Below, piece after piece: positions 38,868 through 47,571 of a DNA stretch of 56,901 nucleotides (its first letter is position 1; each line of letters opens with the position of its first letter). Made by a program: the position numbers and the translations under genes. A model generated the notes under the pieces. That model was not told the origin of the DNA and ran no database searches. It saw nothing but the letters and a program-made list of their open reading frames with translations. This stretch comes from Sedimentisphaerales bacterium (GTDB taxonomy: Bacteria > Planctomycetota > Phycisphaerae > Sedimentisphaerales > Anaerobacaceae). The DNA lies in assembly GCA_016927855.1 (NCBI GenBank), contig JAFGLV010000163.1, forward strand, positions 1 to 56,901, in the 5' to 3' direction.

Positions 38868-40424
38868 CTAGCGACCGAGAGACCGCGTCGCTTTGTCGGG
38901 CGACGCCTCGGGTCGACAGATCACGACCTGACGCTCGGCAGTCACTGCACCATACAACTGACGGGTGTCATAGGTCACGGTGATGGTGAAGGTCTCTTCG
39001 TTGCCGTCGAGTGGCAGATCGTCCGGTACCCGCCACGAGTACCCGCAGGTGCCGTCTCAGCCGAAGGGCAAGGCGCCTTCGGCCACCGCCGTGCCGTTGG
39101 CGCGGGCAATCGTGACCTTGGGAGCGAGCGAGACGGAAGGCCCTCCTTCGCGCCGATAAGAGAGGCCGCGAATCATGAAGTCCAGGACCGGGTCGATCAG
39201 GACGGCTTTGATCGTGAGTTGCTCGCCGCGCCGGACGCGCTGGCCTTTGGCGGGCTGGGCGAACATCACCTCCGGCGTGTTGAAGAAATCGAAGACGAAA
39301 GGCTTGTCCGCGCGAATCTCGATCCCATAGACAGGTGGTCGGGTCGTCCCGCCGCGTGGCCGGCCATCGGCGTGGTAGTTGTTCGAAAGCGTGATGCGCA
39401 GATCCCCGTATTCGAGATCGAGCAGCCTGGGAGCATAGTCGCCCACCGGCAGGCGCCACAGGCGGGTGGGTTCCTGAGTCCCGTTGTTCAGGACGTTGCC
39501 TACCGGGACGGCGGTATCCTCCGATTGCAGCGATCCTCTCATTGCCATCGTTCGGACATTGCGGTCGGCCGGACCGACTTCCAGCGTCCCCAGCGGCCCA
39601 TCGTGGGGACGGACCGTCAGCTTGTCTCCGGCCGGCGTCGCTGCGAAGCGATAGAAAGTGTGACCGATCTTGTGTATCGCCATCAGCCGGTCGCCACTCC
39701 ACCAGGTGTAGCCTCGGTCGCGGTTGCTGGGACCGATCAGGTGCAGTGCCGTCTGGGGGTGGTCGAACCAGCCGGCGATGAGGTTGTTGTGTCCCAGCAG
39801 GACATCGAACGTCTGGCCGGCCACCGTGATCTTTCCGAACCTGCCTTTGGTGGTGACGAACGCAACATAGCGGCGGTCGCCTTCGTATACGATCAGTCTC
39901 GGCATGACCTCCAACGGACGTGTGCCTTCCGACCCGAACGTCAGCGGGATGCCGATGCACTCGAAACAAGCCTGCTGCTGGATCGACGCGCCGCTCAGGA
40001 GCATCTGTCCCGGCGGGTCTGGTACCCGTGCCAGCACACCGTCGTCAGTCAGATCGAGGTTCCGGTTCGCATCGAAGTAGAGCCGGTCGTAACCCTTGTC
40101 TGTGCCGCCGGACTCATCCACTGCGAAACAGAAGCGCGTACCTGAGTCTGCCTTGTGAGGATCGCTGCCGAAGCGGACGGAGCCATAGAGCGGCTTCTGT
40201 GACGCGAATACTGGGTAAGCTGTTACCTCAGCATCCGCGGCCTCGCTGCACAAACACCGCAGGCCGGTACGGAAGGCGGATTTCAATTTGGCCAGATCGA
40301 CGGCCGATGCTTCCTCAAGGTCGAAGACCAACGCCTCACTGCCATGCACCGACACCGCCGCAAGCAGGATCAATGCGAACCCGCTTGTCACGATTCTCTC
40401 CGAAACGCGCCTTGGCCGGTTCAT
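38868..40424 (-). CDS. Candidate selenoprotein paralog E (455 aa + Sec + 62 aa): …GALPFG, TGA (39057-39059), DGTCGYSWRVPDDLPLDGNEETFTITVTYDTRQLYGAVTAERQVVICRPEASPDKATRSLGR
   Basis: Signal peptide MNRPRRVSERIVTSGFALILLAAVSVHG. CLCSEAAD motif. YFDANRNLDLTDD loop. Confidence 0.55.
39025..39043 (-). promoter_or_regulatory. SECIS-like hairpin, paralog E (GGUACUCG-UGG-CGGGUACC; an A-to-G change gives a U-G wobble that preserves the stem)
   Basis: Read directly from the sequence. Confidence 0.45.
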
Positions 40425-40664
40425 GCGAGTTTCCCTCCATTTTCATATCTCCACGGATTCTCGCGATGCCATACCGGCACGAAATATAACACATCGGCGT
40501 GCGAAAATCAAAACAATACCCAAGAAAGTGCGGAATTTCATGGTAGCCGACGCCGGTGGGCTTGTCTCACGCGAGAGTTTTATCGGCAAAAGACTGTATC
40601 GGTAGCGCAATGAATCACACTTTCATGCGTCCAAATAAGAGGAACCTTTTTGGGAGGTAATGCT

Positions 40665-40829
40665 ATGGCTGCTCGAAGTGTGAAACGAAAGGTCACTGTC
40701 TGGGGCATTCTCGTCGTCCTGTTCGCCGGGCTGATGCTGTCGGGCTGCGGCAAGAACAACGAGCCGGCGCCCCAGCCCGACAACGAGCCCAATGCGGCGA
40801 TGTCCACGCCGGCTGACGCGAACAACTGA
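40665..40829 (+). CDS. Small (54-aa) putative lipoprotein, MAARSVKRKVTVWGILVVLFAGLMLSGCGKNNEPAPQPDNEPNAAMSTPADANN
   Basis: Strong SD GGGAGG 8 nt upstream of the ATG, lipobox LSGC, in an AT-richer intergenic region. Below the 60-aa cutoff of the ORF track. Confidence 0.35.
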   Translation: MAARSVKRKVTVWGILVVLFAGLMLSGCGKNNEPAPQPDNEPNAAMSTPADANN

Positions 40830-40871
40830 TCCGCCGCGCCAACGGCGCCGAGCGCGAGGACGTTGGCGCTT

Positions 40872-41141
40872 TCAGCGGCAGAGCATCGCGACGCCGACCG
40901 TCGAGAGATAAAGAGCGATCAAACCGCCCGCGATCAGCGTGCAGATCACCGCCAGGGTCCGGGGCCGATCGTAGCGGATGCCGATCGCGCCGAAGAGCAT
41001 CGCCAGCGGAAAACACAGGACTATCAGCAGCCCTCCAAGGGCTGCGGTCGGATCGCCTCAGCCAGGCTGGAGCACCATCATCAAGCCGATGGTCGCTCCG
41101 GCCGTGACGAGAAATGTCGCTGCTATCTTGCCGTACCGCAT
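40872..41141 (-). CDS. Candidate small (89-aa) integral-membrane selenoprotein directly downstream of selB: MRYGKIAATFLVTAGATIGLMMVLQPG, TGA (41058-41060), GDPTAALGGLLIVLCFPLAMLFGAIGIRYDRPRTLAVICTLIAGGLIALYLSTVGVAMLCR
   Basis: ATG lies 16 nt after the selB stop, preceded by AAAGGA. In-frame UGA is followed after 12 nt by the hairpin GCAGCCC-UUGGA-GGGCUGC. Hydrophobic TM-like segments lie on both sides of the UGA. Confidence 0.45.
41027..41045 (-). promoter_or_regulatory. SECIS-like hairpin for the small membrane protein (7-bp stem, UUGGA apical loop)
   Basis: Read directly. Spacing and the G/U-containing apical loop fit bacterial SECIS criteria. Confidence 0.45.
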
Positions 41142-41157
41142 GGCGTGTGTCCTTTGT

Positions 41158-43083
41158 CTATTCGTCGGCGTTGACCTTGTTCAAGTGCCGCGTGTATCCC
41201 ACGCGGCGCGTCACGCCGATCTTGTCGAAGTAGTCGAGCAACGGGATGGCATATTTGCGCGTCGTATCGAGCAGGTATTTGAACTTGACGCTCTCCAGGT
41301 TGCCGTGCTCGCGGATGTAAGCGATCAGGCGCGCGCGGGCGTCCGCCAGCGCCTCGGCGTGAACGTACATGTCCTGCTCGATCCGCACGATTCTCTGCTG
41401 TTCGACCAGGATACGCAGGGCCTTGCGAATCTCCGGCTCGCTCGCCCCGGTACCGGCCATCAGCTCCGCGGAGCCAGGCGGACTGAACGGCTGTTGCTTG
41501 AAGAGCGCTTCGATCTTCGTGAGCAGTTCCCACTCGGCCTGCTTGAATTGCTCGCGATGTTGAGGCAGCGCCAGGTGATTTTTTCTCTCGGCCAGCAGGC
41601 CGTTCGACAGCAGGCGCTCCAGCACAGGGTCGAACACGCTCCTGTGAATTCCGGAGGCGGTCAGAAGCTGCTCGGGCCGGATACCGGGACTTTCAGGCTG
41701 ACGACGGTGCGTCTCGGCGACCAATTCCAGCAGTCGCTGCTCGATGCGCCGGACCGTGTCAGTGTGTGCGTACAACCTGGCGCCGAGCCGGATGGCGGAG
41801 TCCTCGTCCTGTAACCCCGCTAGAGTCTTGGTCACCTCCGGCTCGGGTATCTTGGTGCGCAGCGAGATTTGTCTTTCATCGACCGCCAGCGACTCGGCGG
41901 TCCTGACGCAATACGCGATGAAGTCTCGCGGCGTCTTGACCGCCTCGGCCCGCGCGCGGATATCGTCGAGTATCTCCGGGCGGCTGCGCTTCAGTCGCCT
42001 GGGAATCGCCTCGACGATCAGGCCGCCGCCGATGGTGCGGGCAGGGGAGGGCAGTCGCAAGATGAAATGGTCTCCCGGCCCGGCCACGACCGGCTGGTTC
42101 AGACACACCTGGATCAGGCACGTCTCGCCGGGCTTGAGCGGCGCGTCCTCGAAGAGATACGCGCTGGCGGGTGTCTCGGAAGTCCCGGTGTGGAACTTGA
42201 CCTGGGCGCCGTTCTTGAGACTGCTCTTCTCTTGCGCCAGCAGCTTCAGCTCGCACACGTACCATGATTCAGGCGAAAAATAGTCTCCAATGGTGACGAC
42301 GTTGCCTCGCTTGATGTCTTTGGGGTCCCACTGGGGGACGTTCAGCGCCGCGCATTGACCGACCATGGCGCCGTCGCTTTCGTGATTGTAGACCTGCACC
42401 GCGCGGAGCCGGCCTTTCCTGCCCTGGGGCAGGAGCACGAGCTCATCGCCGATCTTGATCGATCCGGACACCGGAATGCCGGCGACGATGGTCCCGTAGC
42501 CCTTAGCGGAGAAGGCGCGCTCCAGCGGGACACGGAAGACGCCGTCGGCGCGTTTGGGCTCGATCGCTTCGACCAATGCCTTGAGCGCGTCGTAGAACTC
42601 GCCAAAGCCGTCGCCTGTGATGCTGGAGACCGGCAGGACCGGTGCGCCTTCGAGGAAGGTCCCGAGCAGGAAGGCCGCGATCTCCTGCGTCACCGCTTCG
42701 ACGCGCTCGGGACGGACGCAATCGACTTTCGTCAGCGCCACGATACCATGTTCGACGCCCAGCAGGGTGAGGATGTCCAGGTGCTCGCGCGTCTGCGGCA
42801 TGACGCCGTCGTCGGCCGCGATGACGAGGATCGCGCCGTCGATGCCGGTCGCACCGGCCACCATCGTCTTGACGAAGTTCTCGTGGCCCGGCACGTCCAC
42901 CACGCCGATTTCCGTCCCCGAGATCAGGCACGGCGCAAAGCCCAGCTCGATGGACATGCCGCGTTCCTTCTCCTCTTTGAGCCGGTCCGTCTCGCAGCCG
43001 GTCAGGAGGCGGATCAGCGCGGTCTTGCCGTGGTCGATGTGACCGGCCGTGCCGAGCGTGATGTTTCGCTGCTGCGCACCCAC
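41158..43083 (-). CDS. selB: Selenocysteine-specific translation elongation factor SelB
   Basis: GTP-binding N-terminus …ITLGTAGHIDHGKTALIRLLTGCETDRLKEEKERGMSIELGFAPC…VVDVPGHENFVKTMVAGATGIDGAILVIAADDGVMPQTREHL…. C-terminal winged-helix extension (641 aa total, longer than EF-Tu) as expected for SECIS binding. Confidence 0.9.
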   Translation of the reverse strand: MGAQQRNITLGTAGHIDHGKTALIRLLTGCETDRLKEEKERGMSIELGFAPCLISGTEIGVVDVPGHENFVKTMVAGATGIDGAILVIAADDGVMPQTREHLDILTLLGVEHGIVALTKVDCVRPERVEAVTQEIAAFLLGTFLEGAPVLPVSSITGDGFGEFYDALKALVEAIEPKRADGVFRVPLERAFSAKGYGTIVAGIPVSGSIKIGDELVLLPQGRKGRLRAVQVYNHESDGAMVGQCAALNVPQWDPKDIKRGNVVTIGDYFSPESWYVCELKLLAQEKSSLKNGAQVKFHTGTSETPASAYLFEDAPLKPGETCLIQVCLNQPVVAGPGDHFILRLPSPARTIGGGLIVEAIPRRLKRSRPEILDDIRARAEAVKTPRDFIAYCVRTAESLAVDERQISLRTKIPEPEVTKTLAGLQDEDSAIRLGARLYAHTDTVRRIEQRLLELVAETHRRQPESPGIRPEQLLTASGIHRSVFDPVLERLLSNGLLAERKNHLALPQHREQFKQAEWELLTKIEALFKQQPFSPPGSAELMAGTGASEPEIRKALRILVEQQRIVRIEQDMYVHAEALADARARLIAYIREHGNLESVKFKYLLDTTRKYAIPLLDYFDKIGVTRRVGYTRHLNKVNADE

Positions 43084-43088
43084 CGGCT

Positions 43089-44513
43089 CTACTGACCTCC
43101 ACCCAGAATCCTGCCGAGCGCTGCGATGACGACCGGGTCGTCCCCGTCGCGCAGCGTGCGCGTATCGATCAGCACGCGATCGTCCTGAATCCGCGCGAAG
43201 ATCGGCGGCTCGTTCAGCCGCAGCCGTTTCGCCAGTGCCTCGGCGTCGCCTCCTTTGGCTTCGACAGTCACCAGCGTCGTCGCCAGATTTTGCGTCGGCA
43301 ACGACCCACTGCCCATCTGCGAAAAGCCGGGCGTCGTCGTCACCGGCGCATCAGGAACCTTCTCGCGAACCTGCGCGACAAGGCGCTCGGCGTGCTGCTT
43401 GATGTCCTCGGCGGTGCGCCGCAGCATTTGCAGCGTCGGCACCTCACGCAAGGCAACGGTCTCGTCGAGGAACAGTTTCAGTGTCGCCTCCAACGCCGCG
43501 AGGGTGAGCTTGCCCACGCGGACGATCCTGGCAAACTGGTTCTTGCGGATCGCGTCGATCCATCGTTTCCGGCCCAGGATGATGCCGCCTTGCGAGGCGC
43601 CGATGAGCTTGTCGGCGCTCGAGGTCACGATGTCGGCGCCGCGGCAGATCGATTCAGGCAGCGTCGGCTCCGGCGCGAAACCGAACTGCGAAAAGTCGAT
43701 CAGCGCACCCGCACCCACGTCGTCGATCAGAGGCAGGTCGTGTTCGTGAGCGATCTTGACCATCACGTCCAGCGGGACCTCGGACGAGAAGCCTTGAATC
43801 TTGTAGTTGCTCGGATGGACGCGGAGGATCGCGGCGGTATTCTCGGTGATCGCGTTTTCGTAGTCCCGCGCGTGCGTTTTGTTGGTCGTGCCGACCTCGA
43901 CCAGCTTGGCGCCGCTGAAGGCCATCACGTCGGGCAAGCGGAACGATCCGCCGATTTCGACGAGCTGACCGCGCGAGACGATCACCTCTTTGCCCGCCGC
44001 AACGGTGTTGAGCACGATAGCCGTCGCGGCCGCGTTGTTGTTGACCACTGTCGCCGCCTCGGCGCCGGTCAATCGCTGAAGCAGCGCTTCGATGCACTCG
44101 TCCCGCCAGGAGCGTTTGCCGGTCTCTCGATCCGCCTGGAGCAGGGAGTAGCCGCCTAGTGTTTCCTGAATCTGTTCCAGCGCCTTGCCCGCGAGGACCG
44201 CCCGGCCCAGCGCCGTGTGCAGGACGATCCCTGTCCCGTTGACGACCCTGCCGTAGAAAGGCCTCTCGAGGCTCTCCAGGCGGCTGGTCGCGGCCGAGAC
44301 GACCCATTGCTGAATCTGACCTTCGCTCGGGTCGTCGGCCGCTCCGGCCAGCAGGCGCTGCCTAACCTCTTCGACAGACGCTCGTACTGCCTCGGCCACC
44401 GGCGACCGGCCCAATTGTCCCTCAAGGGCCTGCAACGCTGGGTTCTTCAGAATCACGTCGACCGACGGCAACCGGCGCAACAACTGGTTCGTCTGCTTTT
44501 CCATAACCAGCAT
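43089..44513 (-). CDS. selA: L-seryl-tRNA(Sec) selenium transferase SelA
   Basis: N-terminal …LLRRLPSVDVILKNPALQAL… and core …VVNGTGIVLHTALGRAVL…NNNAAATAIVLNT… with a PLP-fold body. Typical SelA length (474 aa), 5 nt upstream of selB. Confidence 0.9.
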   Translation of the reverse strand: MLVMEKQTNQLLRRLPSVDVILKNPALQALEGQLGRSPVAEAVRASVEEVRQRLLAGAADDPSEGQIQQWVVSAATSRLESLERPFYGRVVNGTGIVLHTALGRAVLAGKALEQIQETLGGYSLLQADRETGKRSWRDECIEALLQRLTGAEAATVVNNNAAATAIVLNTVAAGKEVIVSRGQLVEIGGSFRLPDVMAFSGAKLVEVGTTNKTHARDYENAITENTAAILRVHPSNYKIQGFSSEVPLDVMVKIAHEHDLPLIDDVGAGALIDFSQFGFAPEPTLPESICRGADIVTSSADKLIGASQGGIILGRKRWIDAIRKNQFARIVRVGKLTLAALEATLKLFLDETVALREVPTLQMLRRTAEDIKQHAERLVAQVREKVPDAPVTTTPGFSQMGSGSLPTQNLATTLVTVEAKGGDAEALAKRLRLNEPPIFARIQDDRVLIDTRTLRDGDDPVVIAALGRILGGGQ

Positions 44514-44567
44514 TTTACCGCTTCGGCGTACAAAATCCCACGCAAAACCTTGCCTTGTTCGTCGTGG

Positions 44568-44653
44568 GTGGGTAGGGGCGAATAACCATTCGCCCTTGTC
44601 CGGACGCCGGCAGGGTGTCTCGAACCGTCCGAGGGCGAATGATTATTCGCCCC
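44568..44653. repeat. Divergent selA / paralog-F intergenic region with two near-identical perfect hairpins (GGGCGAAT-AACC-ATTCGCCC and GGGCGAAT-GATT-ATTCGCCC), a partial third copy, and flanking GTAGGGG / GGACGCC…GGCGTCC inverted repeats
   Basis: Read directly. Related in style to the GTAGGGGC-hairpin repeat family. Not foldable as tRNA-Sec. Confidence 0.5.
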
Positions 44654-44775
44654 CACAGGCGTCCCCATGGGCGAATGCAGATCGAAAACCATGTAACGTC
44701 CCGACCGCCGAGGCGTCTAACGTTGACAGAGGCCCCTGCCGGCGATAGAATCTCGGCTCAAAGGCGGATCAGATC

Positions 44776-45420
44776 ATGAAAAGACGGGATATCCTGATTT
44801 CTCTCGCAATCATCGCGGCCGCGCTGGTCGCCTGCTATCTCGTGTTCCAACAGGAAGGCAATGTGGAGATCGTGACCCCTGGCGTTTTGCTGACCCTGAA
44901 TCGGCCCTTCTTTGGCGAGATGACCCTGACGTCGGCCCAGGGGCCCGTTCGCGTGCCGGCCCGCGCCTATTTCCCGCGCTCGCTCGGGTTGACGGCGCAC
45001 GCCAACGGCAGTACATGGTCCCTGAGCAGCACCGGCCCCTGGGGCGATCTTGCCAGGGTCAAAGTCAAGCCGGGCCGCACCACGTCTCTGGCCGTCGGGC
45101 CTCCCCTACGGATCGTGCCGAAGGTCGATATCGGTCCCTACCAGGCCTACATTGACCTGCAGATCTTCGGTGGCGCAGGCGAGAGATACCGCAACGTGAT
45201 TGTCAAAGATGGGCGCAGCCTGCCTGCTCCGGAATTGAAGATCGTCAATGAGGAAGGAAGCGTGCTCGTCACAGACAAGTTCCAGTATGGCTGAGGTGGC
45301 ACCTGCCGGTACTCGTGGCGAGTGCCAGAAGGGTTCAAAGGCAAGTTCCAGGTGCAGATCGATCTCGACCTGGGGCCCCTCGAAGTGACCCATGAAAGGA
45401 GTTGGCACTCCATCGAGTAG
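44776..45420 (+). CDS. Candidate selenoprotein paralog F (small form): N-terminal TM anchor + ~150-aa beta domain …VTDKFQYG, TGA (45292-45294), GGTCRYSWRVPEGFKGKFQVQIDLDLGPLEVTHERSWHSIE
   Basis: Same [FY]G-UGA-xxTCxYSWRVP junction, and the hairpin GGUACUCG-UGG-CGAGUGCC at 45308-45326 as in the - strand paralogs. The N-domain resembles paralog A. Confidence 0.5.
45308..45326 (+). promoter_or_regulatory. SECIS-like hairpin, paralog F
   Basis: Stem has one U-G wobble. Lies 13 nt 3' of the UGA. Confidence 0.45.
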
Positions 45421-45520
45421 TAGCGGATATCGCGCGCGTGTACCGGCGGGTTCAGAGACGTCTCTGGACCCGCCTTTTTTGTTGGTAGGGGAGAATGACG
45501 GTAAGGGGAAAGGGCAGGAA

Positions 45521-46369
45521 ATGGGAAAGGCAACATCAGCACACGTCCTGGGAGGGAGTCTGGTTCTGATGATGAGTGCGGTCGCTTCGATTGCCGCGGA
45601 GGCGCCGGCATTAGACCCGTGGGTCGGCAAGTACCCCATGAGTCTCTTCACCAAGACGCGCAGCGCGAACACCGTGGGCAAAGGACACTTGTCGGCCTCT
45701 TTCAAGGTCCAGCACTTCGACTGGGACGAACTGCGCTCCACCAGCGGCGATTACTTCAGTCGCCCATCGGCCGATACGAAGCGCAAGCTTACGTCCGTGC
45801 TGTGCATGAAGTACGGCTGGGCGGAAAACCACCATCTCGCGCTCGGCATTCCGTACTTCTTCAACGACTTCAACGTCAACGGCAGGCTCAACGACAACGA
45901 TGGTTTCGGCAATCTCTATCTGTTCGAGAAATGGAAGGCGATTTCCGAAACGAACACGCGCCCGGCCGTCGCCTTCGATGCCTGGGTCTACCTACCCACC
46001 GGTGACGCCGACCGCAAGCTGGGCGACGACGACTGGGCCTTCAAGCTGACCACCGAGGTCTCCAAGGCCTGGGAACACTTCTCGCTGCACTTCAACCCGG
46101 GCTACACCTGGGGCGAAGACTCAGACGTCCGGACCGGCGAGATCAACATCTGCGCCATCTGGAACCTGTACAAGGATTTCACCCCGGCCATCGAGTACAA
46201 CTACACCGACAAGAAGGGGATCGGCAATTGTCACGATATCGTGCCCGGATTTATCTGGAAGTTCGCGAAGGGCTGGTCGTTCAAGCTGGCCGCGGTGATC
46301 AACGTCGACACGATACTGCCCGAAAAGGATGCAGTCGGTGTGGTCGGCAAGCTGTTTTACCGCTGGTAG
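45521..46369 (+). CDS. Outer-membrane beta-barrel protein (MetA-pathway/transporter-type OMP-like), signal peptide, C-terminal aromatic residue
   Basis: Signal peptide MGKATSAHVLGGSLVLMMSAVASIAAEA. Alternating amphipathic beta-strand pattern. C-terminal …VGKLFYRW typical of a beta-barrel OMP terminus. Confidence 0.55.
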   Translation: MGKATSAHVLGGSLVLMMSAVASIAAEAPALDPWVGKYPMSLFTKTRSANTVGKGHLSASFKVQHFDWDELRSTSGDYFSRPSADTKRKLTSVLCMKYGWAENHHLALGIPYFFNDFNVNGRLNDNDGFGNLYLFEKWKAISETNTRPAVAFDAWVYLPTGDADRKLGDDDWAFKLTTEVSKAWEHFSLHFNPGYTWGEDSDVRTGEINICAIWNLYKDFTPAIEYNYTDKKGIGNCHDIVPGFIWKFAKGWSFKLAAVINVDTILPEKDAVGVVGKLFYRW

Positions 46370-46425
46370 CCAAGCGCCTCCTGTTCAAGATGACTGGCAA
46401 CCCGGGGGGCAAGAGGATTTTTGCC

Positions 46426-47571
46426 ATGAACAAACGAACCTTCAGCATCATCTGTATATTGGTCGCCGCGCTGCTGTCGACCGGGTGCAAGCAGGAAGAT
46501 CAGGGTACGCCCGAGGCTCAGCAGCCGGTGAGCATCAAGCTCGGTCACGTTGGCCACGACCATCACAGCGCGCTGTACGTTGCGCTCGACAACGCCGCCG
46601 ATTACCTTCCACGAACCGGCATTGACGTCAAGACGGTGGAGGATCGCAAGCTCTATCAACTCTGGCGGGGCAACAAGAAGGTTGCCGACGTTGAAGTCGT
46701 CAAGGTGGGCGGCGGGTCGGAGATGCCCACCGCGCTGGCGCAGGGCGTGATCGACGTGGGCTTGGGCGGCGTCGCGCCGGTGTTGGCCAGTATCGACAAC
46801 GGCGCGCCGATCCGACTGATCGCTCCTCTGCACCATAAGGGTGACATGTTCGTGGTCCGGCCCGACTTCCCGGCCCAGACCTGGGCGGAGTTCGTCACCG
46901 TCGCCAAGGCGGCGGATAAGCCGTTGCGCATCGGCTATAAGGATCCTGTGGCCTGCGCCAAGGTGATCTTCGAAGAGGCGCTACGCCATGAGGGCCTTGC
47001 CTTCGCCGGCGATCCGTCGCAGACCGGGATCAAGGTTCACATGGTGAACGTGCAGGGCGGCGGTAAGCTGAACGTTGCGCTGTCCGGAGAACTGGTCGAC
47101 GGCTATGTGGGCAACAACCCGTTTCCTGCGATTGCCGTCGAGAAAGGCATGGGGCGCGTGCTCTGCGACCTGGAGGACCTGCCGCCAGGGACGTTCCGCA
47201 ACCATCCCTGCTGCTGCATCGCCGCCCGCGCCGATGTCGTCACGCAGAAGAGCGCGGCTGTGACTGATCTGCTCGCGTTGTTCCTGGAGGCTACTGGCAC
47301 GATCAACAGCGATTTCGACAAGGTGGTCACGGCGACCGTGCGCTGGATCGGCACCAGCGAAACCGTCGAGCGGATGAGCATCCCCACCAGCGGCTATGCG
47401 ATGGACCCGTCTGAGCAGTGGCACGAGGCGATGGCTCAATGGGCGTCCGTGATGGACGGGCTCGGTGTGTTTCGAGACAAGCTCAAAGGCAAGTCGCCGC
47501 AAGAGGTGGCGGAAATTGCCTATGATTTCTCGCTACTGGTAAAGGCTAAGCAGAAGGTTGGAGACCGCTAA
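46426..47571 (+). CDS. ABC transporter periplasmic substrate-binding lipoprotein, NitT/TauT (SsuA/NMT1-like) family
   Basis: Lipoprotein signal MNKRTFSIICILVAALLSTGC. …KLGHVGHDHHSALYVALDNA… and the overall SsuA/TauA-like pattern. Confidence 0.8.
   Translation: MNKRTFSIICILVAALLSTGCKQEDQGTPEAQQPVSIKLGHVGHDHHSALYVALDNAADYLPRTGIDVKTVEDRKLYQLWRGNKKVADVEVVKVGGGSEMPTALAQGVIDVGLGGVAPVLASIDNGAPIRLIAPLHHKGDMFVVRPDFPAQTWAEFVTVAKAADKPLRIGYKDPVACAKVIFEEALRHEGLAFAGDPSQTGIKVHMVNVQGGGKLNVALSGELVDGYVGNNPFPAIAVEKGMGRVLCDLEDLPPGTFRNHPCCCIAARADVVTQKSAAVTDLLALFLEATGTINSDFDKVVTATVRWIGTSETVERMSIPTSGYAMDPSEQWHEAMAQWASVMDGLGVFRDKLKGKSPQEVAEIAYDFSLLVKAKQKVGDR

Noticed and set aside
40863-41174. 103-aa + strand ORF overlapping the small UGA-containing membrane gene
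   Set aside because: Arg/Asp/His-rich antisense-type translation with no start context. The opposite-strand frame has RBS, TM character and SECIS-like hairpin.
44560-44670. Possible tRNA-Sec (selC) upstream of selA
   Set aside because: The GGACGCC…GGCGTCC-flanked structure is only ~65 nt, lacks a UCA anticodon loop and the 8/5 tRNA-Sec geometry, and matches the local palindromic-repeat family instead.
33394-45326. Interpretation of the conserved 45-nt block after the paralog stop codons as a shared terminator or REP element, with the TGA as a true stop
   Set aside because: Less likely than Sec. In every copy the same frame stays open for 41-290 further codons. The encoded peptide is conserved while synonymous positions differ. 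There is no U-tract, and selA, selB and selD sit in the same locus. Not fully excluded without homolog or proteomic data.
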